Positions 1 through 8,816 of a stretch of 64,000 nt of DNA are shown piece by piece. Positions within the stretch are counted from its first letter, which is position 1; each line of letters begins with the position of its first letter. Source of the DNA: Candidatus Multivoradales bacterium (lineage in GTDB: Bacteria > Acidobacteriota > Thermoanaerobaculia > Multivoradales > JAHEKO01). The notes beneath the pieces are model-generated. The model did no database searches. It was given only the letters and a program-made list of their open reading frames with translations, and was not told where the DNA came from. A program made the position numbers and the translations under genes. Location: NCBI GenBank assembly GCA_965223855.1, contig CBDCXM010000008.1, forward strand, positions 544,001 through 608,000, read 5' to 3'.

Positions 1-1070
1 GCACCGGGAGGCGGCGTGTAGGTGAACGAGCCGTCGGCATTGATATCGACGCTGCCGCCGAGCGTAGTCGGCTCTGCGACCACAGGGAGCACCGCCAGGG
101 TCGGCGTGCCGGGGATGCCGAAGTCGTTGTCGAGCAGCACCGGCTGGAGGGTCCCGTCGACCGTCACCGGGTTGACCGGATGCCCCTCGTAGAGGCCGTC
201 GTCCACCGCAAGCGGCGTCGTAGTCGCTGCGTCGGCCGCCGTCACGTTGGGATCGAGATTGACGTCGAAATCGGCCTGATCGATGTCGAAGGCGCCGGTG
301 TTCGAAAGCTCGACCTCGTAGGAGATCGTGTCGCCAGGCACCGCGGTCGTACCGGGGGCATCGACCATCGTCATCGTCGCCTGCGCGCAACTGCCGACGC
401 CGATCCTGACGTTCGACACCCACTCGTTGAACGGCGTCGAAGACGCGAGCTCCACGGAGAGGATCGGATCTCCGGCTCCGGACACACCGAAGAACTCGCC
501 GGTCGCCGAGGCGGGCACGATGAACGCCTGCGTGCCGGAGAGGGTGAACTCGACGGTGACCGTCCAGGTGTCGCTCGCCTGCGCGTAGGCGTCGAAGCCA
601 AGGGCACAGATCTCGTCGGCGTCGGGACCGGCGAAGTCGATCCGCAACGCTTCCGGGGCGGTGATCGTCCCCACCAGAACGTCGGTCTGGCCCAGCGTCC
701 CGGTGTCCACCGCGAGCGGGCAGTCCCCTGGGCAGCCGGCATAGCCTCCGCCCACCGTCTCGACCACGAGCCTCGGGTCGATCGTCCCCGGCGCGAAGCA
801 GGCGTCGTTCGAAGCTGCATCGATCGGCTCGTCGCAGCCGCCCTGGGCGTTCGGCGCTACCAACGTCGCCGAGAAGTCCTCGACCGGCAACCCCGGAAAC
901 GCGGCGTCGAACGTAGCTGCGTCCGAGTACGTCTGGAACAACCCCTCCGGGCCCTGCGCCGCGGGAGCTTCCCGAACCGGCCCCCCCGCCTCGTCTGCCC
1001 AGATCATCGGAGCGATCGCGGCGACACCGACGGCAAAGGCCACCGTCACGGCCAGGGTGCGTAGGCGCAT
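1..1070 (-). CDS. Large secreted/surface protein with DUF11-like and Ig-like (Big_9/tandem-95, cadherin-like) repeats; 3' end runs off the window
   Basis: Not in the ORF track. Manual translation from ATG at 1070 (AGGA upstream) gives signal peptide MRLRTLAVTVAFAVGVAAIAPMIWA, then PGDTISYEVELSNTG (DUF11-like) and PLAVDD...LLDND...GGSVDINADGSFTYTPPPG (Big_9-type). Frame is open to the window edge. Confidence 0.85.
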   Translation of the reverse strand, partial: MRLRTLAVTVAFAVGVAAIAPMIWADEAGGPVREAPAAQGPEGLFQTYSDAATFDAAFPGLPVEDFSATLVAPNAQGGCDEPIDAASNDACFAPGTIDPRLVVETVGGGYAGCPGDCPLAVDTGTLGQTDVLVGTITAPEALRIDFAGPDADEICALGFDAYAQASDTWTVTVEFTLSGTQAFIVPASATGEFFGVSGAGDPILSVELASSTPFNEWVSNVRIGVGSCAQATMTMVDAPGTTAVPGDTISYEVELSNTGAFDIDQADFDVNLDPNVTAADAATTTPLAVDDGLYEGHPVNPVTVDGTLQPVLLDNDFGIPGTPTLAVLPVVAEPTTLGGSVDINADGSFTYTPPPG

Positions 1071-1125
1071 CAATGTTCCTCGAGAGGTGGTCACGGTCGG
1101 CTGGCTTCCGGCAGGCCTTCAGGCC

Positions 1126-1638
1126 CTAGCGGCGGCTCGACTTCTTGGCGGCTTTCTTCTTGGCGGCCTTCTTCGCCGTTTTCTTCACCGCCTTCTTCGC
1201 GGCCTTCTTGGCCGGCTTCTTGCCGTCACCCTTCTTGGCCGGCTCGTGGACTGCCACGAAGCTCGCCTCGGCCGTGTGGCCCCAGTGGGTGTGCCGGACG
1301 ATGTAGCGCTTGCCGTCGGCCAGCTTGGAAACGTCGATCGAGATCGTCTCGACCTCCCGCAGGCCGTGACCGCCGGGCACAGTGGCGGTGGCGAAGGTCT
1401 GCGTCGCAGCCTTCACCGAGCTGCCGCAGGCCAGGTCGGAGCGGGCGATCTCCTGGGCGTTCTCGTCGAGCACCTGGAGAAGGTGGGCACTGTGCGGCTC
1501 GTGGGTCCCGACCACGTAGTGCTCCTCGCCGTCGTTGTGGAGCGTCGCCAGCACTTCGATGGGCAGCGTCTTGCGCCGGCTCGAGATCACAACCAGAGGC
1601 TCGACCTCGATCTCGGCCCGGATGCGGTTGGTTTCCAT
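1126..1638 (-). CDS. Hypothetical protein with Lys/Ala-rich histone H1-like C-terminal tail
   Basis: 170-aa ORF with AGGAG RBS; C-terminus KKPAKKAAKKAVKKTAKKAAKKKAAKK. Confidence 0.8.
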   Translation of the reverse strand: METNRIRAEIEVEPLVVISSRRKTLPIEVLATLHNDGEEHYVVGTHEPHSAHLLQVLDENAQEIARSDLACGSSVKAATQTFATATVPGGHGLREVETISIDVSKLADGKRYIVRHTHWGHTAEASFVAVHEPAKKGDGKKPAKKAAKKAVKKTAKKAAKKKAAKKSSRR

Positions 1639-1868
1639 GCCTCAATCTCCTGTTGGGGCGGCGCCGACCAGGGCACCGCACGATTGTCGAAGTGCCGGCA
1701 TCGACCGGCTGTCGTACCAGGACACTTCGCGGATGCGAAGCGCCCACGTGTCCCTGAACGCAAACCCGAAACGAAAAGTGACAAAGAAACAGTTGTCGAA
1801 GGGTAGCACAGCCGTTGGATCGGTCCGCCGGCGTCGGGCGCGTCGCCTGCCGATAGACTCCGCCGGTC

Positions 1869-3122
1869 ATGCGGGTCGCCTTCCGACAACTCGGCTGCAA
1901 GCTCAACCAGGCGGAGCTCGAGGCGATGGCCAGGGAGTTCACGGCCGCCGGGCACCGCGTCGTGGCGGAAACCGAGGAGCCGGATCTCTTCGTCGTCAAC
2001 ACCTGCACCGTGACGCAGGCCGCGGCCAGGGACTCGCGCAAGGCCGCGAGAAAGGGTTCCCGGCTCGGCGCGACCCGCACGGTGATCACCGGCTGCTATG
2101 TCGAGTCGGACCGGGAAGAGGCGGCGGCGTTGGCCGGCGTCGATCTGGTGGTCGCCAACGCCGACAAGGAACGGCTGCTCGAGATCGTGGAGCGCCGCTT
2201 TCCCGAGCTGGCCACGAACGGACAGGAAGACCTCCCCTACCTGCCGATCGGGTTCGGTCACTCGCGGGCGCTCGTCAAGATCGAAGACGGCTGTGACATG
2301 CAGTGCTCGTTCTGCATCATCCCCTCGACCCGCGGCCGCCAGCGCAGCCGCGCCCCCGAGGAGGTGGTGACCGAGGTGCGAGGCCTGATCGAGCGCGGCT
2401 TCGAGGAGGTGGTCGTCACCGGGGTGCAGATCTCCTCGTATCGTTACGGCGAGGCGCGGCTGTACGACCTCACCCGCCGAATGCTGGCCGAGACCTCCGG
2501 GGCGCGCTTCCGGCTGTCGTCGATCGCCCCGTGGGAGTTCGACGAGCGGCTGCTCGATCTGTTCGTCGACGATCGGATCTGCAGGCACTTCCACCTGTCG
2601 CTCCAGAGCGGCGACGGCGCCACCCTGCGGCGCATGCGGCGGCCGTACGACACCGATGGCTTCGCGACGCTGACCCGGCGGATTCGCCGGCGGGTACCCG
2701 GCATCGCGCTCACCACCGACGTCATCGTCGGCTTCCCGGGTGAGACGGACGAGGCGTTCGAGCGCTCCCTCGCCTTCGTCGAGGGCGAGCGCTTCGCCCG
2801 CATCCACGCCTTCCCCTTCTCGAGCCGTCCGGGTACCCCGGCGGCCGCGCTTCCCGACCCGGTTCCCCACGAAACGATTCGGGCCCGGATGCGGCGCATG
2901 CTCGCCGTCGCCGAGAACGCCGAGCGCGACTTCGCCCGTCGGCAGCTCGGCAGCACCGGTTCGGTGCTGTGGGAGGCTCGCGAAGGCGACCTGTGGCGCG
3001 GGACGACCGACAACTACGTGCGCGTGAGGGCGCTGAGCTCGCGGGATCTGGGCCGGCAGGTCGTGCCTGCCGAGCTGCTGTCGATCGAAGGCGGCTGGAT
3101 CGACGCTCGGGTGAGCGCGTGA
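1869..3122 (+). CDS. mtaB: tRNA t6A methylthiotransferase MtaB (radical SAM)
   Basis: LGCKLNQAE, VNTCTVT, VKIEDGCDMQCSFC (CxxxCxxC), HLSLQSG, DVIVGFPGET, FPFSSRPGT. Confidence 0.92.
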   Translation: MRVAFRQLGCKLNQAELEAMAREFTAAGHRVVAETEEPDLFVVNTCTVTQAAARDSRKAARKGSRLGATRTVITGCYVESDREEAAALAGVDLVVANADKERLLEIVERRFPELATNGQEDLPYLPIGFGHSRALVKIEDGCDMQCSFCIIPSTRGRQRSRAPEEVVTEVRGLIERGFEEVVVTGVQISSYRYGEARLYDLTRRMLAETSGARFRLSSIAPWEFDERLLDLFVDDRICRHFHLSLQSGDGATLRRMRRPYDTDGFATLTRRIRRRVPGIALTTDVIVGFPGETDEAFERSLAFVEGERFARIHAFPFSSRPGTPAAALPDPVPHETIRARMRRMLAVAENAERDFARRQLGSTGSVLWEAREGDLWRGTTDNYVRVRALSSRDLGRQVVPAELLSIEGGWIDARVSA

Positions 3123-4444
3123 AGCGGCTGGCGACACCGAAGCTGCGATCGCTCGAGGAGATCTCCGGACGCCTCGACGAGGCTCTCGGACGCTCGGTCG
3201 CGGACGAGACGGAGCTCGTCTGGATCGAGGCGCTGCGCGGCGAGGCGACGCTGGGCGGGTCGCGTTTCGACGGACGACGCGCCCGCCACCGGACGCTGAT
3301 GTGCAGGGTCCTCGACCACGGCCGGGTCGGCAGCCACCGCACCGGCTTCGTGGAACCGGGAGAGATCGACGACGCGATGCGGCAGGCTCTCGCCCAATCG
3401 CGGGTGCACGAACCACTGCCGGGCCTGCCGCACATCCCGGCGGACGACACCCCGCTCCCCGACCTAGACGAGCTCGTGTGCGAGCGCACCGCCGGGCTGT
3501 CGCGCGAGGAGGCGGAGGAGTGGCTGCGCGCGGGCCTGCGCGGGCGCGAGCGCCTGAGACTCGAATGGACCACGGCGCGGGTCGCGGTGTTCAACAGCCG
3601 CGGCGTCCGTCGCACGACGGCGGTCACCTCCTCCGCGGTCGAGATCCGGCACGGGAGACGGCCGGGAAGCGGCCATGCCGCCGCTGCGGCCCGCAGCCTC
3701 GATGCACTCGATCTCGAGGCGTTGCAGGATCTCGCCGCGGGCCGTCACGCTTCCGGCGACACCGTCGAGCCGCCGGTCGGCAGGATCCCGGTGCTGCTGT
3801 CGACCGACGCGGCGATCGCCCTGGTGGCGTTGCTCAACCGCACCTCGCTGACGGCCGCCTCCTACTCGGACGGCACGTCCTTCCTGCGGGAACACCTCGG
3901 GGTCCAGGTCTTCGACCGATCGATCACGCTGCGCGACAACGCGACCAGCCCGCTCGGCCTGCCGTTCCCGTTCGATCTCGAAGGCACCGCCAAGCGGCCG
4001 GTCGATCTGATCCGCGACGGGACGCCGAAGACTCCGGCGCTCGACCAGCGACAGGCGGCGCAACTCGGCCTCCCCCCTACCGCGCACTCGATCTCCGGCA
4101 ACGACGCGCGCGCCGAGAACCTCTTCCTGCTGCCGGGCGAGACCCCTTACGACGAGCTGCTCGCAAGAGCGGACGGAGGTCTGTGGATCGGTCGGCTCGA
4201 CGGCGTCGGTCCGGTCGAGCCGCGCCGAGTCCGCTTCCTCGCCCACGCCCGCGGCGTGCGCCGCATCCGTGATGGCGCCCTGGCGGAGCCGGTTGCCGAC
4301 TTCATCTGGGACGACAGTCTGCTGCGTTGCCTCTCGGAATCGCCGGTGCCCGGCGACACGCTCGGCCGGCGGCTCAGCCGCGACGGAATCCTGGGGGGCG
4401 TCTGCGCGCCATACCTGATGTTCCCGAACGCCGAGATCGGCTAG
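3119..4444 (+). CDS. TldD/PmbA (TldE-like) family protein
   Basis: GTG start overlaps the mtaB stop (GTGA). Motifs GTSFL, ITLRD, PFDLEGT, LIRDG, NLFLLPG, RIRDG; no HExxxH, so PmbA-like. Confidence 0.8.
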   Translation: MKRLATPKLRSLEEISGRLDEALGRSVADETELVWIEALRGEATLGGSRFDGRRARHRTLMCRVLDHGRVGSHRTGFVEPGEIDDAMRQALAQSRVHEPLPGLPHIPADDTPLPDLDELVCERTAGLSREEAEEWLRAGLRGRERLRLEWTTARVAVFNSRGVRRTTAVTSSAVEIRHGRRPGSGHAAAAARSLDALDLEALQDLAAGRHASGDTVEPPVGRIPVLLSTDAAIALVALLNRTSLTAASYSDGTSFLREHLGVQVFDRSITLRDNATSPLGLPFPFDLEGTAKRPVDLIRDGTPKTPALDQRQAAQLGLPPTAHSISGNDARAENLFLLPGETPYDELLARADGGLWIGRLDGVGPVEPRRVRFLAHARGVRRIRDGALAEPVADFIWDDSLLRCLSESPVPGDTLGRRLSRDGILGGVCAPYLMFPNAEIG

Positions 4445-4460
4445 CCATCGGCGAGGCCGC

Positions 4461-6047
4461 TCACCCGGTCTTCCTGAGCAACACCACCGTCTGGTCGTCG
4501 CCCTGGGGCCCGCCGGCGGCCCAGCGGGTGGCCGCCCCCTCGATCTCCGCCATCACGGCGGCGACCGGCTCGGCGGCATGCTCCTGCAGCAGCGAGACGA
4601 GCCGCTCGGGGCCGAACTCCTCCCCATCCGGGTCCTCGCACTCCGTGATGCCGTCGCTGAAGATGCAGACGAGGTCACCGGTCGCCAGATCGATCGACTC
4701 CGCCGTGTAGGTCGCGCCGGCGAAGAGGCCCAGCGGCATCCCTCCGGAGGGGAGTTCCTCCACGGTCCCGCCGGCCCTCACCACCAGCGGCGGGTTGTGG
4801 CCGGCGTTGACGTAGTCGAGCCGGGCACTCTCCGGATCGAGCCGGGCGGCGAACATGGTGATGAACTTGTTCGAGGCGCTCGAATCGACGACGTGGCGGT
4901 TGAGCCGCTCGACGACGCCGGCGTCGAACTCTCTGGCGTCGAGCAACAGCCGCAGCGCCGAGTGAAGGGTCGAGACGAGCAGCGCGGCCGGCATCCCCTT
5001 CCCCGAGACGTCGGCCAGCACGAGTTGCAGCGCGCCGTCGTCGGCCCTGGCGAGGTCGTAGAAGTCGCCCCCCACGTGTCTCGCCGGCAGGCTCCAGCCC
5101 GCCAGCTCGAAGCCGCCGACGCTCGGGAGCTGCTTCGGCAGCAGCCCGCGCTGAATGTCGGCCGCCAGGTCGAGCTCGCGCTCCAGACGCTCCTTCTCCA
5201 GCGCCGCGCGATGAAGGCGCGCGTTCTCGATCGCGATCGCAGCCTGGTTGGCAAACAGCCTCAGCGTCTGGGCGTCGGAGCCGGCGAACGGGCCGACTCC
5301 GGTGCGGCTCTCCTTGTCGGCCACCGCCAGCAGGCCGAGCGGCCGGCCGTCGGCCTCGATCGGCGCCCCGAGGGCGTGGACCGCACCGGGAAGGATCGGC
5401 GCACCCTTCTCTTCCTCCTCGTCGGCGAGGAGCGATTCGAGGGCGGCATCGTCCGCCGGCACGCGCCCACGCGCCTCGCCGCCGAAGGTGCGCTGCAGCC
5501 GGTACTCGCCTTCGTCGAAGAGGTAGAACGCTCCTACCCGGGCGTCGAGCAGCGAAATCGCGCGCAGCAGGATCTCGTCCCCCAGCACGTCGAGGTCGAG
5601 CGTCCCGGCGATCGCCAGGCCGACGTCGTAGAGCGACTGCAGCTCCACCCTGCCGAGATTGACGTTGAAGCTCTCGCGCTTGAGCGCGCCCGACAGCTCC
5701 GCCGCTTCAGCGGCGCACAGGAGCGCGAGGAGCGCCTGTGGATCGAGATCCGCGCCGTCCAGCTTCTGCGTCGAGACGAGCATCGACTCTCGTGATTCGA
5801 AGGCGACCTCGAGCTGCGGTTCGGACGGCGCGCCGGGATCGAGCCTCGGCGGGAACCCCTCACCGAGGGCGACGACCCGACGCCACCCACCCTCCCGCTC
5901 ACGGTAGAGGGCGATCGACTCGAAACCCGCCCCCGATGCGACCTCGGCGAGCAGCTTCTCCAGAAGGCGGTGAGGGTCGCGGCCGCGCGCGGCGAGATCG
6001 ACGAGGTCGCGCCAGACCTCGGATCGCTGCGCCGGCTGCACGCTCAC
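4461..6047 (-). CDS. GAF + SpoIIE/PP2C serine phosphatase (RsbU-like)
   Basis: AADIQRGLLP, VGGDFYD, ADVSGKGMPAAL, NAGHNPP, FSDGITE, GDDQT; upstream GAF domain ending AAIAIENARL. Confidence 0.93.
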   Translation of the reverse strand: MSVQPAQRSEVWRDLVDLAARGRDPHRLLEKLLAEVASGAGFESIALYREREGGWRRVVALGEGFPPRLDPGAPSEPQLEVAFESRESMLVSTQKLDGADLDPQALLALLCAAEAAELSGALKRESFNVNLGRVELQSLYDVGLAIAGTLDLDVLGDEILLRAISLLDARVGAFYLFDEGEYRLQRTFGGEARGRVPADDAALESLLADEEEEKGAPILPGAVHALGAPIEADGRPLGLLAVADKESRTGVGPFAGSDAQTLRLFANQAAIAIENARLHRAALEKERLERELDLAADIQRGLLPKQLPSVGGFELAGWSLPARHVGGDFYDLARADDGALQLVLADVSGKGMPAALLVSTLHSALRLLLDAREFDAGVVERLNRHVVDSSASNKFITMFAARLDPESARLDYVNAGHNPPLVVRAGGTVEELPSGGMPLGLFAGATYTAESIDLATGDLVCIFSDGITECEDPDGEEFGPERLVSLLQEHAAEPVAAVMAEIEGAATRWAAGGPQGDDQTVVLLRKTG

Positions 6048-6394
6048 GCCCCCAGGGCGGCGACGGCGGCGTCTTCGTCGGCGTAGATCTTGGCGTACTG
6101 CGCGAGACCCATGATGTGGAAGGTCTTCTCGATCGTCGCCGTCAGCGAGCAGAAGGCGAGCTCACCTTCGACCTCGATCATCTTCTCGATGATCTCGATG
6201 AGGATCGAGATGCCGATCGAGTTCACGATCTTGGTCCCGGCGAGATTCAGCAGCACCCGCTTCTGCCCCTCGTCGATGAGCCGATAAGCAACCTTCGCGA
6301 TCTCTTCTCCCCCCTGGTTGTTGATGTACCCCTCGGTGTACACCACCGCCAGTTCGCCTCGGTTGTCCAGCGTCACTTTCAGCATGTCGGCCAT
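6044..6394 (-). CDS. STAS-domain anti-sigma factor antagonist (RsbV/SpoIIAA-like)
   Basis: Start moved to ATG 6394 (MADMLKVTL...). VLLNLAGTKIVNSIGISIL retains the phosphoacceptor Ser; TFHIMGL; 116 aa. Confidence 0.9.
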   Translation of the reverse strand: MADMLKVTLDNRGELAVVYTEGYINNQGGEEIAKVAYRLIDEGQKRVLLNLAGTKIVNSIGISILIEIIEKMIEVEGELAFCSLTATIEKTFHIMGLAQYAKIYADEDAAVAALGA

Positions 6395-6396
6395 CT

Positions 6397-6849
6397 TCAG
6401 TCCCCGCGTTCTCCGCGATACTTGCTCATCGTCACGATCGTTCCGTTGTCGCTCGACTCGATCTCGACCTCGTCCATCAGGCTGTGGATGATCTTGAGCC
6501 CCCAGCCCCGCTTGTTGGCGGCACCGAGCTTGTCTTCGATCCTCGGCTCTTCCACCTCGGCGGGCACGAAACCGACCCCTCGATCCTCGATCCGGATCTG
6601 GAGCTTCTCCGGCTCCTCTGCCCCGAGTACGGAGAAGGTGAGCAGCACCTTCCCTTCCCTGGCCCGGCTGTGCTCGAAGGCGTTGATGCAAGCCTCCACC
6701 ACCGCCATCCGGACCTCGTCGATCGAGTCGGAGCTCATCTCCATGAACTCCGCCAGTGCGGTCACGGTCTTACTGGCCGCGATCTCCATGTCCGGCAACA
6801 TGGGAAGCGACAACGTCACCTCCCGGAGGGGGGTAGTGGCTACCATCAC
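6397..6849 (-). CDS. Anti-sigma factor Ser kinase (RsbW-like, HATPase_c_2)
   Basis: MAVVEACINAFEHS, IEDRGVGF, RGWGLKIIHSLMDEV, GTIVTMSK. Confidence 0.92.
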   Translation of the reverse strand: MMVATTPLREVTLSLPMLPDMEIAASKTVTALAEFMEMSSDSIDEVRMAVVEACINAFEHSRAREGKVLLTFSVLGAEEPEKLQIRIEDRGVGFVPAEVEEPRIEDKLGAANKRGWGLKIIHSLMDEVEIESSDNGTIVTMSKYRGERGD

Positions 6850-6889
6850 CCGTCAGGCCTCTCTACGACGCGGCACTCTACACGACGGA

Positions 6890-7045
6890 TCAGAACGAAA
6901 GAAAGAGCTGCAGGCAATAGACGGCCAGCGGCGCGATGGCATCCTCGAGCAGCAGCCAGGTGAAGGCGGCAAAGGTCGAGGCGGGAACCACCCAGCGATG
7001 TGTGGCGACGGGAACTGCGGTAGCTCGGCGAATCGCGGTCAGCAT
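6890..7045 (-). CDS. Putative small membrane protein (51 aa)
   Basis: GGAGGAG 5 nt before ATG 7045, immediately downstream of a sigma54 promoter; hydrophobic C-terminal half (WVVPASTFAAFTWLLLEDAIAPLAVYCLQLFLSF). Confidence 0.6.
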   Translation of the reverse strand: MLTAIRRATAVPVATHRWVVPASTFAAFTWLLLEDAIAPLAVYCLQLFLSF

Positions 7046-7070
7046 GAGATCTCCTCCAGCCTCCGATAGG

Positions 7071-7087
7071 AGCAAGGAGGCTGCCAG
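7071..7087 (-). promoter_or_regulatory. Sigma54 (-24/-12) promoter
   Basis: Minus strand CTGGCAGCCTCCTTGCT fits TGGCA-N6-TTGC with exact GG-N10-GC spacing; lies just downstream of a sigma54-type activator gene and upstream of a strong RBS. Confidence 0.75.
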
Positions 7088-7310
7088 CCTCGCCCTACGG
7101 ACAGCTCGAAGAGCGTAAAGCCCTTTCGTCAAGGAACTTACGCGACCCATCCATCGCGCCGCAGGACAGTCCGAGGCTCGACGAACGCGGCAATCTGTCG
7201 CACCCCGCGAACTACCGAGCCGAGCCTGCACACCGGCGATGCCCAAGGCGCCGCGGCCCCGGCGGCTTTCGCGACATTCTGCCGCACGCGCGGCAAAAAG
7301 TCGCCAACCC

Positions 7311-8807
7311 TCAGAATCCTCGGCGCTGCAGGGTCCGGCGGTCGATCCCCAGGAGCTCGGCCGCTCGCGTCTTGTTGCCGCCGGTCAGCCGCAGGACCTT
7401 CGCGATGTGCCGCCGCTCGGTCGCCTCCAGGTCGAGCGCCTCGGGGCCACCGCGGGAGTCGTCTTCCGACGTGCCGAGGAGGGATCGCAGCAGCTCGCCG
7501 TCGACCTCGTTCTCTGCCAGGGAGAGGGCGGCATCGACGACGTTCTGCAGTTCGCGCACGTTGCCGGGGAAGTCGTGCGACATCAGCATAGCCAGTGCGG
7601 AACTCGAGAACCTCCGCGGGGGCACCGCCTCGCGGGCGGCGAAGTCGTCGGCGAAGCGCCGCACCAGATGCGGGATGTCCTCGCGCCTCTCCCTCAAAGG
7701 CGGCAGCTCGATCTCGACCCCCTTCAGCCGGTAGTAGAGGTCCTCACGGAAGCCGCCTTCGGTGACCAGCGAATCGAGGTCGCGATGGGTAGCGGCGACG
7801 AGTCGGACGTCGATCGAGACGGTGCGCTGACCGCCGACGCGCACGATCTCGCGCTCCTGCAACGCTCGCAACAGCTTGACCTGAACCGCAGCGTCGAGGT
7901 CGCCGATCTCGTCGAGGAAGAGAGTGCCGCCGTTGGCGAGCTCGAACTTGCCGCGCCGCGCCTCGACCCCCGTCGCCACTCCCTTCTCGATGCCGAAAAG
8001 CTCACTCTCGAGCAGGCTTTCCGGCAGGGCGGCGCAGTTGACCGCCACCAGCGGCCCCTCGCGCCCGGAAAGCAGATGCAGCAGCTTCGCGACCAACTCC
8101 TTGCCGGTCCCGCTCTCGCCGCGCACCACGACGCTGACGCCACGCGGTGCCACCCGCTCGACCCGCTCGAGGACGCGCTGCATCGCTTCGGTGTTGGCGA
8201 CGATGCCGTGGTCGCCGAGGCGGCGCGAATAGTGATCCTTGAGCGCCCGGTTCTCCTCCTGCAGCTGCTGGCGCTCGACCTCGAGGTCCTGCACCTGGCG
8301 CGCGCTGTCGACCGCCACGCCGGCGAGCGCCGCGACCGAGTCGAGGAACCTCCGATCGCCGTCGGTGAACCCGGCGACGTCGTCTCCGCGCACCTCCTTG
8401 TCGAACACAGCAAGGTAGCCGAGGAACATCCCGCGGCCCGAGAACGGCGCCGCCACCAGCTCGCGGTATTCACGGCCGGAGAACTCGCCGTCGCGCCGCG
8501 CCAGCGCCTCACCGGCGGCGAGGAGCTCGCGCCACAAAGGCTCCTTGAGCAGTCCGTCGCCGTCGGGTCCGACACCACCCGGGTCGGAAGCGGGCCAACC
8601 GACGGTCGCCATCGCCCGGGCGCCGCCGAAGGCGTCGCGCGTCACCGCGATCGCCGCCGCCGGATCGAGTACGGCACACACCCGCTGCAGGAGCTCGTCG
8701 ACCAGTTCCTGTTCGGGCCGATGGGCGTGCAGTGAGACGGCGAGGTCGTAGAGCGTCTCGAGCTGCAGCAACCGGCGCTTTTCGCCGAAGCTGCGGGGCG
8801 AACTCAT
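7311..8807 (-). CDS. Sigma54-type enhancer-binding transcriptional activator (GAF-AAA+-Fis HTH)
   Basis: GESGTGKEL, VNCAALPESLLESELFG, TLFLDEIG, FREDLYYRL, PGNVRELQN, C-terminal NKTRAAELLGIDRRTL; the GAFTGA position reads GVATGV. Confidence 0.93.
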   Translation of the reverse strand: MSSPRSFGEKRRLLQLETLYDLAVSLHAHRPEQELVDELLQRVCAVLDPAAAIAVTRDAFGGARAMATVGWPASDPGGVGPDGDGLLKEPLWRELLAAGEALARRDGEFSGREYRELVAAPFSGRGMFLGYLAVFDKEVRGDDVAGFTDGDRRFLDSVAALAGVAVDSARQVQDLEVERQQLQEENRALKDHYSRRLGDHGIVANTEAMQRVLERVERVAPRGVSVVVRGESGTGKELVAKLLHLLSGREGPLVAVNCAALPESLLESELFGIEKGVATGVEARRGKFELANGGTLFLDEIGDLDAAVQVKLLRALQEREIVRVGGQRTVSIDVRLVAATHRDLDSLVTEGGFREDLYYRLKGVEIELPPLRERREDIPHLVRRFADDFAAREAVPPRRFSSSALAMLMSHDFPGNVRELQNVVDAALSLAENEVDGELLRSLLGTSEDDSRGGPEALDLEATERRHIAKVLRLTGGNKTRAAELLGIDRRTLQRRGF

Positions 8808-8816
8808 CCGCCGATT

